Translations under genes and position numbers: made by a program | Assembly: GCF_023055435.1 (NCBI RefSeq) | Contig: NW_025964001.1 | Coordinates: forward strand, 4,092,001 to 4,156,000 | Length of the DNA: 64,000 nt | Direction of reading: 5' to 3' | Source of the DNA: Haliotis rufescens | Lineage: Eukaryota | The notes under the pieces: generated by a model | Told to the model about the DNA's origin: nothing | The model's input: the letters and a program-made list of their open reading frames with translations, nothing else | Databases searched by the model: none | In this document: piece after piece, positions 52,494 through 64,000 of the stretch | How the letters are laid out: each line of letters starts with the position of its first letter | Numbering within the stretch: position 1 is the stretch's first letter

Positions 52494-55083
52494 TAAAGAT
52501 AATTTTCTTTTCTGTTATGCCACAATCGATCACCCTGTCTGCCATCTTAGAGGCGCATGATTTTAAAGTGTGTGACACATGAGCTGTAATTGTTTGAATC
52601 ACATGGTGTTTCTTCACCACTTCCGGGCAGAGGCTGGTACGTTTGCCCTCTAAACGAGACTTGACACATAATTCCCACATGTAGTTTGTTAAAAAAGGAA
52701 ACACGTGACTTCAAAGCTCAACTGAACAGTTGTGGAGTATTACACTTGATTGAAAACAGCATTCATTTCTACACGACATGTATCCCCACTGCATGAGTAT
52801 TAAATTACACAGTCATACCTCAATACAACCCGCATTTGGCTGCGTCATGTGCGTTGAGGGCTAAAATTACTTCATCAGACCTGCCATGGAGGCGCAGCGG
52901 TACAAGGTCAGAGGTTGAAGTTGTGTCAAAAACAATATAAAAAACCTTCTGCATACCAAATTTGATAATTATATATGCAAATGGTTCAATAATTAAAAAA
53001 AAAAGGTACATGTTCGGAACATCAATGCAAAGTTCAGCTTCATAGGCCTTCATAGTTTACAACAGACAGACAACGCGCCAACTGTTAGTTCACGTGAGGT
53101 CAAAGGTACTTAAGTGACCCTCGAGTGCCGAAATACATTGTAACAACCTCAATAATGTGTGGTCTTGTTAGATAATGGGAGATAAACGGCACATAACTTG
53201 TAAACAAACGTGAACCGAAAAAACCATCTGGTCATAGAGTACAGCAGAAGGGCGACATATTGTTTGAACAAAAGGACTCCTGTATGCCTGGTCGGCCCCG
53301 TCCAGCAGATAGAGTGGTGGCCAAGTCTGACCTACTTGTGAGTGAGTGAGTGTTGCGCCGCTTTGGCGTGATTCGATATACCACGATAAGTCAGGTGACT
53401 GTCAGGTGACTGTCAGGACACCCAGGGGGTGGTAGACGTATACCAGCTGAGCACGAGTATGGCGCTGACAAACCAAGAATCATTACAAGGGCGAATCTGG
53501 GATTCAAACGTACGAAAACCGGATCCTGGCACCGGTAAGAGACGCAACTCTGCACTTAGGCGATCACCATGTCGTTCCATTTGTTAACTGCAAAGACAGG
53601 CAGTTGCTGCAATACAACATTTAAAATGCATCTTTCAATTCGAAAGGGCCTTGTTCCCATCTCGTTCGACTTTAAATATCGAACCTGGATTAACTTTTTT
53701 TAATTACAATTTAATTTCGTTTCCAATAGTGATTGTATAGAATTGTGTTCCATTACGAATTTGCATTTTTAAGAAATCTGGATGCTGCAAAAATACATTA
53801 ACCGCATACATAAATTGAAAAATATATTTTCATAAGTGATGAGAAGCAATAATGTTTTTAAATAAACCCTCCGGAGGAGACCACATATTTCATGCGCGAT
53901 CCGCTTTAAAAAGCTGCAAACGCTCCTGGCTTGGTGTTGAGATTACGGGGGAGCCCTTTTCACAGATATTTTTGCAACGTCCCAAACGTTGTGAGGTGAA
54001 GATGATTGTACTATGATAGAGACGTGCATGTACGTGTGTGTGGCTGCTTGTACCAGTCCGGATGGCCTTTACGTGACAGTAAGCTGATTACTGTAGAGTG
54101 AGTAAGGTCAAGGTTTAACGCCGCTTTTGAGATTGTTCCAGTTATATCACAGCGTGTCAGCCTAATATGTGAGGTAAGTGATGCAGGTCTCAGACGTTTA
54201 CCAAGTCAGTGAAACCCACGAGCACGGATATGGTGCTGACAAATCTAGAAATAACGCGAACCGGGATTCGAACCCACGATCAAAGCAAAAGGCGGCGCCT
54301 AAGACGACTGGGCCACCATAGCCTACAGATTACTGAAGGAAGGGCGCTGGACAATGAATCTAGAGTGGAAGTCTATTTACGGAATGAGTTAATGCTGCAT
54401 ATTGATACTGTCTGTAATATCTTATAAATAAATTATATGAGTGAGTATTGGAAGGCGCGAAAGGGCCAAGTCAACCAAGTCAGCGAACCTGACCACCCGA
54501 TCCCGTTAGTCGCCTTTTACGGCAAGCATCATATGCTGAAGAATCAACACGAGAATTTGTGAATTTGTGAGTAAAAGCAAAGACCATTGGTTTCTGGCTA
54601 GCGAAACAAAATCCGTTTAATGAAAGAGTAAACGTAAGATATATCTTTTTGTTCCTTAAAACATGTCAGCGGACATCATAGTGTGGTATCCTACTCCTGC
54701 GAGCATACATATACTACTCACAATTTGCTGAGGATAAACTTCTAAAAAACACCCGACAAATAAAGATTGAAATATCCCGGTACACAATGTTTGAGGTCCT
54801 ATGTGGATAAACCAATTTCATGATGAACGGACGGAAAACCGGTGTATCGTGACAGAATCGTTGAACATCACTACCTGAGAGCACAACATTTGCTACTGTG
54901 GATTACAACTGAATGCAGTTATGCCGCCTCGGCGTCAAAGATGCCGTTTGACAACCGAAGAGTTAGGCAGATGCACGGCCATGCTTGAAACATGGTCAAC
55001 ACAATGTCACGTTGCTAACGTCTTCGCTGTCAGCCAAAGTGTGATCAGGACATGGAATCGATACCAGACGTTTGGATCAGCGA

Positions 55084-55442
55084 TAGGGTTGCGACCGGGT
55101 ACGAAAACTGAACTCGAGGACCCGGCAGACAATACCCGAACCGGACTCGAGTACCCGTAGTTCAATGTTGTCCCACTTGTTTGTAATGCTTTTGCGAATA
55201 AAAGGTCATCAAACATCTATTGATCTATTCTAAGGTATTATGTTTTTTATTAAATGCCTGCATGGCTTACCTAAAATATTTGAACGTTTGTCCGCTTTGT
55301 CGTCCATTTTGAAGTGACTTACGAGTTACTAAAGGCGATAAGAGTTATCTCCCCTGAACGGGTACTCGAGTCCTGAAAATTGGACTCGAGTCCTAAGCTA
55401 CCTGACCCGTTATCGGGTACTCGAGTACCCGTCGCAACCCTA
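55084..55442. mobile_element. hAT-type MITE
   Basis: TIRs TAGGGTTGCGAC and GTCGCAACCCTA, with an exact 8-bp target duplication ATCAGCGA at 55076-55083 and 55443-55450. Confidence 0.9.
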
Positions 55443-55544
55443 ATCAGCGACCCAGCGACACGCAGGGGGTCGACAGCCTTCCGCTACTCTGCGGGAAGAC
55501 AGGTTTCTCCTCCTTGCAGCAAGACGTCATCACTTCGTGACTGT

Positions 55545-55810
55545 TGTTGGTTAGTTTTTTGTTTAACGCCGCACTCCGCAATATTCCAGCTATATGACAG
55601 CGATGTGTAAATATAATCGAGTCTAGACCAGACAATCCAGTGATTGATGTCATGAGCATCGATCCACGCAATTGGGATCGATTACATGCTTCAACCATGT
55701 CAGCGAGCCTGACCACCCGATCCAGTTAGTCGCCTCTTACAAGTATAGTCGACTATTAAGGCAAGCATGGGTTTGCTGAAGACATTCTAACCCGGATCTT
55801 CACGGGTCGG
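55545..55810 (-). mobile_element. SINE-like dispersed repeat (third family) nested in the Tc1 fragment
   Basis: Same sequence as 45040-45300. Confidence 0.75.
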
Positions 55811-57743
55811 GGTCGTCGTCGTCAATGTTTCAGAAATGACCTGCGGAACGCCAGTAGCGTTAACGCTATTACTCAGACAGTGCGTAATGGTCTCCTGTGT
55901 GGCATGGCAAGTAGACAGATTTCAGTAGATCAAGTAAGGATAAGATTTATGGATCACTTGCTTGATAACGGTGTTAGAACCAACACCGAAACGTCGCTCT
56001 GAATTGTAATACTTACTTAGTACTCCAACTTCTAAATGCCTATCAAAAAAGCGTCCAGACCATTTTCGCCCCAGTAAAAAGTATATCACCATTACCCCAT
56101 GAAAGGTATGAAGGCTTGACCTTAGGCTTGAAACAATAATTTCACCTGATCGTCACAAACAAGAGTTTGTATTCCTGTTGTCAACCATAGAGCGTTCTTT
56201 GGGAAATTAGACTGATTCAGTCAGTGGACAACCCTATTCAGGTTCTTGCAACGAATTGGTTGGTGTGGACAGCCCTGGCCAGAGATTCTTTCTCAAATTA
56301 AGAATGTTCCTGAATCATAGTCACTAAAAATCTGATGACATGGAAAGAGGGGTTACTGGCAGTCATATTTCGCTTGAAAAACCAGTTATGTAGTCAAGGG
56401 GGAACAACTCTACTTGGTTGTAGTCAACACTTTCACACGTCGGAAGCTAACAGCAAAGAAGTCAACGCACTTAAGTTTTCATTATCCCATCTTGGGCAGG
56501 GAACTATTGCCATCTTGAATATCATTGCAATCATATTCCGGCATGTCATCTTCATTCAGTAAAGCCAGCAGGCAGCTGCAAAGGATGTATAAGTTCAATG
56601 GCCCCAACACAATATCCCCACAGGGATAGGACACAGGACACCACTTTCATTAAGAAATAACAGGAGACAATATTGCCAAGAAAGATGTATTTAACAATGA
56701 AGACATGTTTCATAAGTAACGCATTTTGAACATAAAATATCCACTAAAATCTCTTCAACAACCGATTTGCTCAGCAGTTTCTGGAACCGCATCCCCAGTT
56801 TTCCTGATCAGTGTCACACTGGCTCCTAGATGTCAGTCTCAGAAACAGCTAGATACAACAGTTGTCAATGTACATGATACACAATACCAATTATCCACCT
56901 ACTATTAATTACAGGGCTCTATTCTCACTGACTATTGTTATAGTTGGACACTAACAACAAGGCCAATTTAACAAGAAACATTAAAATAAAATTACAATAA
57001 AATATTTTTATAAAATCTATGAATGTTCCTGAATGAAATCAGAAGATGCACACAGTTCGGCTCGGATGATGGTTTAAAACAAAAGATATGACATGTTTTG
57101 TACAATGACAGGCAACAATTAATATGCTTTACCATGCTCCTGTCATATGGGAGAAGACGATGAACTTGCTGTGATGGTCTGATTCATGGAAAGTATCTCT
57201 AATTATGCACATAATCAATTGTTTTTCATGATTCACATTAATGAACATCTACAAAGATGACGAATGACCTAAAGAACAAGATTAAGTGTAAGAAATAGCA
57301 ACATGACTAATGTCCATCTTCTTCATGAAGACTTGATAAATGCATTCTACAGCTGATGCAAAACTGTTTCATTCCTGTATTCTTTTCCTTTTACAAAAAC
57401 ATTGTGTAACTTCACGGAACAGACAGGATTTTATATACAGTTGATACACAAGCACAACACTGCACCAAAACAGTAACATGAAGACACTGAGAAATTCAAA
57501 GAAATATGTTCAGGTTGAATGATCAAGGACATGATCCCTGTCTTGTGGGTTCCGGAGTACGGCTGAGAGGTAGAAATCATGTCGAGGTGTACCTCATACA
57601 ACAGGCTTGAACACAGGTCTCCTGACATCTGTCGCTGAAGTATACCCATCAACCGATCCATGCTTCTCCCCTACTCCTCCCTTGCTTGACACCAGGGCAC
57701 TGGTGACTTAAGGAAACTGACTATAGGTGTGATGTTGAAGCCA

Positions 57744-60700
57744 CTATTTGTTGCTGTAGTTGCCATAGCCCCAGCTGCCGTACTGTTGATTCTGGTTGTT
57801 GTAGTTGCCACCCTGACCCCAGTAGTTCTGTCCCCAGCTGCCTTGACCTCCCCATTGACCGTATCCCTGGTTTGATGAACCCTGGCCATAACCACTCCAC
57901 TGAAACAAAAATGTTAAAAATGTTCCACAGATAAAAAAAAACAAGACACAACAGCCAAACGTTCTTACCAAAACCTGTAGTCCTGAAGTCCTTGCCAAAC
58001 TGTCCAATAGTGAAGGTATCATGAGGACTAGTAGAAATGTGCCATGTTTTATGTTATTATTAGGACTAGTGGACTAGAAACTTATCACAAGAATCTAATT
58101 GGCTACTGCTATTATAACTCACTGTACTTACATTATAGTTAGGGTTGTTTGAGCCCCAAGATCCCTGGTTGCCCCATGAACCCTGGTTCCCCCACGACCC
58201 CTGACTGCCCCAGGAGCCTTGCTTGTTGTAGGAGCCCTGGTTGTAACTGCGATTATGGTTGTAGTTGCGGTCATAGGACTGAAAAATGACAATGTTCATC
58301 AAAATATTTATTATATGGATTCCATGTCCAAAGGATATAATCATAATATAATCATAATATATGCATGTCTAATGCACTAATACCATGCACTGGTACATGT
58401 TCAAAGTGCAAAAGATAAATCGTTATGAAAACAGACACTGCAACTTAGGCATCATACGAAGTGAAAAGATGTGTATTCAGTTTCGATACAAAATATTCAA
58501 AGCTGCTAGCTCATATAATGTCAAGGGGAAGAGTTCCACAGGACTGGCACACACACATTTTGCATTTATGTCCCCTCTTACAGGTTACATTTAACTCATA
58601 CAGATTCTTTATGATTATCCTTAACCGATACAAAACTGGTTATCAGTGTCTACTCGTCTAAGGGATAATCTCTAGATTTCTTCCCTTTACTTGCAGATGA
58701 CCCCAACCAAACTGTACTCAGCAAGTGGGATGTGAGTGGATTAAAACCTGTGGATGTTTCTTGGTCAATATCTGGTGTTGGTTCTAAGGGGCTCAGATAG
58801 GAGTTCTGCATCAACTTCATGTGAAGTCTATCACCTTCAACTGAAGGGCTGAGTATTTGTATTAGGCAATTAAAAATCAAATTACCTGTGCCTGTCGACC
58901 TCCAGATCTATCCTGGTCATCATAACGTCCCCCACCTGATTTGTAGCCTGCAAAAGATAACAACAGGTTATACTTCTTTGTCACTCTCCATGGAATCATT
59001 TTTGGCTTGTCTCTAAAATCTCCAAATAGTCCAATAGAAATATTGTAAAAATCAACATATCAAATATATTTCTGGTACATATCTTGGAGACATGTTTCAG
59101 CAACACCCACCTCCATAACCACCTCCTCTACGGTCATATCCCCCACGGTAGCCTCCTCTACCACGATCACGTTGGTCATAGCCACCACGACGATCGCGGT
59201 TGTCATAACGACCTCGACCTGAAATTCATAGTGGTCAAGAATCATGTAATCATAAACTGTAGTGCTTGTTTACTGAGATGCTGAGTATGCAATCTTCAAC
59301 TCAACACTTGTCATGCTGGAAATTAATTTTTATCTTAATGCGTTCTCCGTACATATTCTTATTGATAATGCATCGAAATAATAAACTAGAGGCCTGATCT
59401 ATTAATGAATAACATCTTTTCATTAAATGTAATGAATGAAAGTCCTATATACAATGTATAGGTTAGAGCATGTGGACCTGGTGCTTAGGCGTTGATTCAA
59501 CAATGGTTACGATTAGTCACCAGGGTCCGAGTCCTGTAACCTTAGCACCTTAAACATTGGTTTGATGACTGTACATGAAAAGACATTCTAGAACTCTTAT
59601 GCTTCAGTGTGAGAACACTGAGTGCGTGACCCACATGAATATATTCTGTGTCTTTGGCACATGCATCTCACTCTTTGGCAACTTTGGTTATGAAACGCTC
59701 ATCCCAGGGCAAATATACAATTCATATTGGACCAACTCTCGTCTCCCACTCACTTAGCAATTGATTGATTTGATTCATTGTAAAATAATGTAATGGCCAA
59801 AGACATTGAGGCCACAAAATCAATTAGGGAATTATCCAGGGTTCTAAACAAATTTCTTTTGGTAGACAAATTGGGAAAATATATTATTAGAAGTTCTTAC
59901 TTTCCTAAATTCAGGGAAAATTTGTGCCATATGTCATTACTTGTTACTTCCCGACAATGGGTTTTGTGCCCTATGGCATACTAGTTACTTCCTGACAATG
60001 GTTTGTGTGCCACATGGCATACTTGTTACTTCCCGACAATGGGTGTTGTGCCCTATGGCAACCTTGTTACTTCCTGACAATGGGTGTTGTGCCACATGGC
60101 ATACTTGTTACTCCCTGACAATGGGTGTTGTGCCACATGGCATACTTGTTACTTCCCAACAATGGGTGTTGTGCCCTTTGGCATACTTGTTACTTCCTGA
60201 CAATGGTTGGTGTGCCATATGGCATACTTGTTACTTCCTGACAATGGGTGTTGTGCCTGATGGCATACTTGTTACTTCCTGACAATGGGTGGTGTGCCCT
60301 ATGGCATACTTGTTACTTCCTGACAATGGGTGTTGTGCCCTATGGCGTTACTTCCTGACAATGGGTTTTGTGCCCTATGGCGTTACTTCCTGACAATGGG
60401 TGTTGTGCCACATGGCATACTTGTTACTTCCCGACAATGGGTGTTGTGCCATATGGCATACTTGTTACTTCCTGTCCTATGGCATACTTGTTACTTCCTG
60501 ACAATGGGTTTTGTGCCACATGGCATACTAGTTACTTCCTGACAATGGTTTGTGTGCCACATGGCATACTTGTTACTTCCCGACAATGGGTGTTGTGTCC
60601 TATGGCATACTTGTTACTTCCTGACAATGGGAGTTGTGCCACATGGCATACTTGTTACTTCCTGACAATGAGTGTTGTGCCACATGGCAAAGAGATTGTA

Positions 60701-63314
60701 TGCAATGCAAATAATATAAAGTTAATGATTAAAAACTCTTCCCATTTATTGGCCCTGTTATCAAGGTAATAAAGGTTATCACCACAAAGCCATACAATAA
60801 GTAATGAGTTATATTATATGTTTACATGATTTGGGAAATGTTAAATTCTGATTTTGGAATTGTTTTATGAAATTTTCTGCAGACTTGATGCTGAAGATTA
60901 GCCTCTGAGCAGGTCCAGATAAATCTGTCAATGTTTCTCTTTTGTTGCCTTAAATCTTAAAGAATATATGGTTTGTTGACATGCAATAACCTATCATGTT
61001 CAGTTGTTATGAAGTACATAAATTCACTGTAGAATAGAATTTGGAATGACACTGGCATTGCTCATGACTACTTGATATTGACCCATATATATTGATTTTG
61101 TGTAGTGAGTTGACAGAAACTAAACGGAAGTGCCAGTCTTACTTTCACTTCTTCCTCAGAGGCCGACCACGGTCTAACTATCTGAAGCTAGCTGGTGTTT
61201 TATCAAGAGGCAGGAGGCCCCTTGTTTATATGTATCAATTAGCCCTGTCAACCAAAGGAACGTCAGTCCTTAATAGAGTCAACTGACGGTCCTGTTCTGG
61301 GTTATTGCTACTACCATCAAGAAGCAAGTTCAATCACTATGTAAATGAATTACAACTTAAAAAACAAAAATCTAAATTCTTAAGGGCATATTAAATACCC
61401 GATATGAAATACATATTACATTGTTACTTATAAAACCAAGAATGTACGCTCATGAAGTCAATGTGCATGTATAAGGATTAGACATGTATCTATAAAGGCT
61501 ATTGTGTGCTATCATGACTATTTAGGAACAAGATACAATTTGTCTTTAGTTGATTATTTTAATTTCCATCCAACCCCCCTACCAAAACCCAGTGCTGTGC
61601 TTGACAGGTCCAGCATTCCCAGAGACAGTAATGAGGAGCTGAAGCGATATTACTGATAACAGTCAGTAGAGGAGAGCAACCTAAGCTGTTGTCAACAACA
61701 CCTATGGTCGGCCCTTAAAGAACTGCCTATTCAAAATCCCAGATTACTGTTGAAATAACATCCTTGAAGTCAGCTGCAAGTATGCCCAAGGCTAAAGCAA
61801 TCAGCTACATCTTCAGATAATGGCAACAAGTGATTATGATTTGCTTGTAATAAATATTGCTATCGAACATTCACCATCTTTCATTTGATAATTTTACTTC
61901 ACAAAAGTAGATATTTCCTTTGAATCAGATGATAGGGACATTGTTCATCTTCTCCATTTGCTGACATCATGGGACACTTCTACACCCATCATCATGACAG
62001 TAAGAGGAACAATGGCACAGATTTCGTGCACCACAACTTACTATCACTATGACCAGATCTTATGGCTCACTTGATAGTGCCAGCGTAAGGGCAGGTAACT
62101 ATTCTAACTAGTTCATGTGCCATACATAACAGTAGTCATTTTTAAATAAGTGTTTTAGGAAAAAGAATGTTTCAAGGTTACAAGTCAATGAAATCTATTC
62201 AGAGAATGTTCCTTATCTCGAATACTGCAGACTAGACTGCAACAAAATGCACTTCTTTATGTCATTTGATATAAATTAAGCTCAAGTTCGGGTATTTTAA
62301 CGTCCACAGCTCGTGAGAGTGACAAAATTATTGTGCACAACCAACATTTCTTACACCATCAGGTTAACTTCAACTAATAACTAGGCCTTCACATTTTATA
62401 CTCACAAGTTACTGTGATTCAATAACTTTAGTTCAGTAAGTATAGGGCACAAATATTGTAAATAAATACAGAGCAATATATAAATTAGAGCAACCTTACG
62501 AGATGCGCGAGACAGTTTACAACAGCGGACATAGGTGTGAAGGCCTTTTCTTGTTTCCATAGAAATTATAGTGGTTTTGAGCTGTGAAATATATTGTTTC
62601 CATGGGAACGATTACTTATTAATATGTAGTATAAATGTGAATTCCACAATTACTCAGTGGGATACGGCGAGAAATGGCTTCCTGTCTGAAATACTATGTT
62701 TTCATTACTGAATGGCAATGATGTATCAAGCACACCTACCCGAGAACCTATCTCCTCTGAATCTCTTGTCCGGAGGAGGGAGAGCTGCCTGGCCTTCTTT
62801 GCGGTACTTCTCTACCAGCTTATCGATCTCTTCCTTGTCCTGCTCAGTGAACTCTACACCGTCAAACAGAGACCCTGTTTCTGGCAATGTGAAATTAGCT
62901 GTGCGAAGAAAAAACGAAACAAGATCAGTATGGATACAAAATGTCCACATGAATTTCCTCAGCATCTACCCTGACGAAATTCATAAGTGGAGAACCCAAC
63001 ATCTAAGACTATCTTAACCTGAGCAAGATTAACATGCTTATGGGTGAGCTACATAGTTAGGGTCTAAAATAAGCTTCAAGAAGGCTGACAGGAGAATAAC
63101 AATCGGCAGCAGGTGCCCGCCCCCTTATCCGGCGGCGATCCCTACCTTTCATTTCAAGAACAGCTTTTTCTGGCACCTCTTTTCCCTCTTCCTTCTCCCT
63201 TTGGGCAATGCGGGTTTTGAAATCCTCATCAGTAGGTACTACCACAATCGCCTTGCGTTGGAAACCTTCAAAAGGCTGCATTTTACGTCTCCGGGCTGAT
63301 GCATACACATTTGT
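57744..63314 (-). CDS. HNRNPUL1: Heterogeneous nuclear ribonucleoprotein U / U-like 1 family protein, last six coding exons (5' exons outside the window)
   Basis: Exons 63146-63314, 62740-62898, 59111-59218, 58886-58947, 58132-58278, 57744-57899 with compatible phases. [27 protein letters not shown]...AVLEMKANFTLPE is the end of the hnRNP U AAA/P-loop domain, followed by an RGG box and a G/Q/N/Y/W-rich tail. U versus UL1 cannot be resolved in an invertebrate. Confidence 0.9.
59925..60689. repeat. 41-bp minisatellite (about 18 copies) in an hnRNP U-like intron
   Basis: Unit CTTGTTACTTCCTGACAATGGGTGTTGTGCCACATGGCATA. Confidence 0.93.
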
Positions 63315-64000
63315 CTAATCGGCAAATAAGAACATAATAGATCATGAGTCTCGTCTCCATCTCGTTCCTTTGCCAACCGGATGTTATCAGTGGCATACAT
63401 TGTCATTACGTTGTAAAAACATTATTACATCATGTCCAGCATCCGATGGTATCTGCAAGACACTTCAAGAAACACATGTTACATGGTTCATACAGTCGCT
63501 AACTGCCTAGTTGCCTATCGTTTGTCCCGCTCTATTCCGCGCCTAGCCCTAACATCCCTATCCGTTTTCCCCCCTCCATGGAAAGCTAAGTCTCCATGGG
63601 ACTTACCTTCAAAGCTGAAAAATAAAACTCACCTGCACAGATAACCATTGAGTAGATGTACTTAATGTAGAATATTTCATACGCAGCTTTGGAATCTCAG
63701 CTTGAGTACATGTATGTATATAAGGTCACTCCCAAAGCAGTCATGCTGGTCATAGGAATAGCAATCATAGTGCTCATCATAATAGGAAATAGTGAATAGA
63801 TGAGCCAAGAGCAACCTCGTCCCGATCACCACCTATGCCTTGCCATAGATAATCATACCAATCAGCTAATGTGGCCAACCAACATCTCAATGCTAACAAA
63901 ATACTGTCAAAACTCTAAAAACAGCCTCAGTCTTGAACAACTTCAATTTCAAACTTATTTTCCACATGTTTGAAATCAAGAAACAAGTCAATTTTCTTGA

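Larger units (their letters stand above)
54712..55900 (+). mobile_element. 5' fragment of a Tc1 transposon interrupted by a hAT MITE and a SINE
   Basis: MPPRRQRCRLTTEELGRCTAMLE...VSQSVI..WNRYQTFGS resumes after the MITE as QRHAGGRQPSATLREDRFL and after the SINE as ...TQTVRNGL. Confidence 0.7.

Noticed and set aside
52129-52704. 191-aa His/Thr/Arg-rich ORF
   Set aside because: Translation of a (CA)/(CG) microsatellite running into a SINE.
58650-58880. 76-aa intronic ORF in the hnRNP U-like gene as an alternative exon
   Set aside because: No recognisable homology, and the flanking exons join in phase without it.

Overview
Eukaryotic, intron-rich invertebrate genomic DNA. The repeat content suggests a mollusc, possibly a gastropod (inference). 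The left two thirds hold a tandem array of three minus-strand copies of a secreted multi-domain cystatin gene, which the ORF track shows only as scattered exon fragments. Copy B (13576-22802) is complete: 11 coding exons, 513 aa, a signal peptide and five cystatin domains. Each pair of domains is separated by a Lys-Arg convertase-type site, so it looks like a protease-inhibitor polyprotein built like a prohormone. All coding introns are phase 0, and the repeated 54-nt + 231/234-nt exon cassette is out of register with the protein domains. Copy A (1441-7097, running off the left edge) has a first domain in which all three protease-binding elements are remodelled. Copy C (29638-41643) is split by a 4.5-kb I/Nimb-type LINE that supplies an antisense stop codon and AATAAA right after domain 2. 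Exons upstream of the LINE are clean and exons downstream are decayed, so copy C may survive as a two-domain gene. The right end holds the last six coding exons of an hnRNP U/UL1-like gene. The rest is Tc1 transposons, SINEs, MITEs, Penelope-like and Gypsy fragments, and minisatellites; the 900-aa ORFs are minisatellite artefacts. No CRISPR array or genuine tRNA/rRNA gene is supported.
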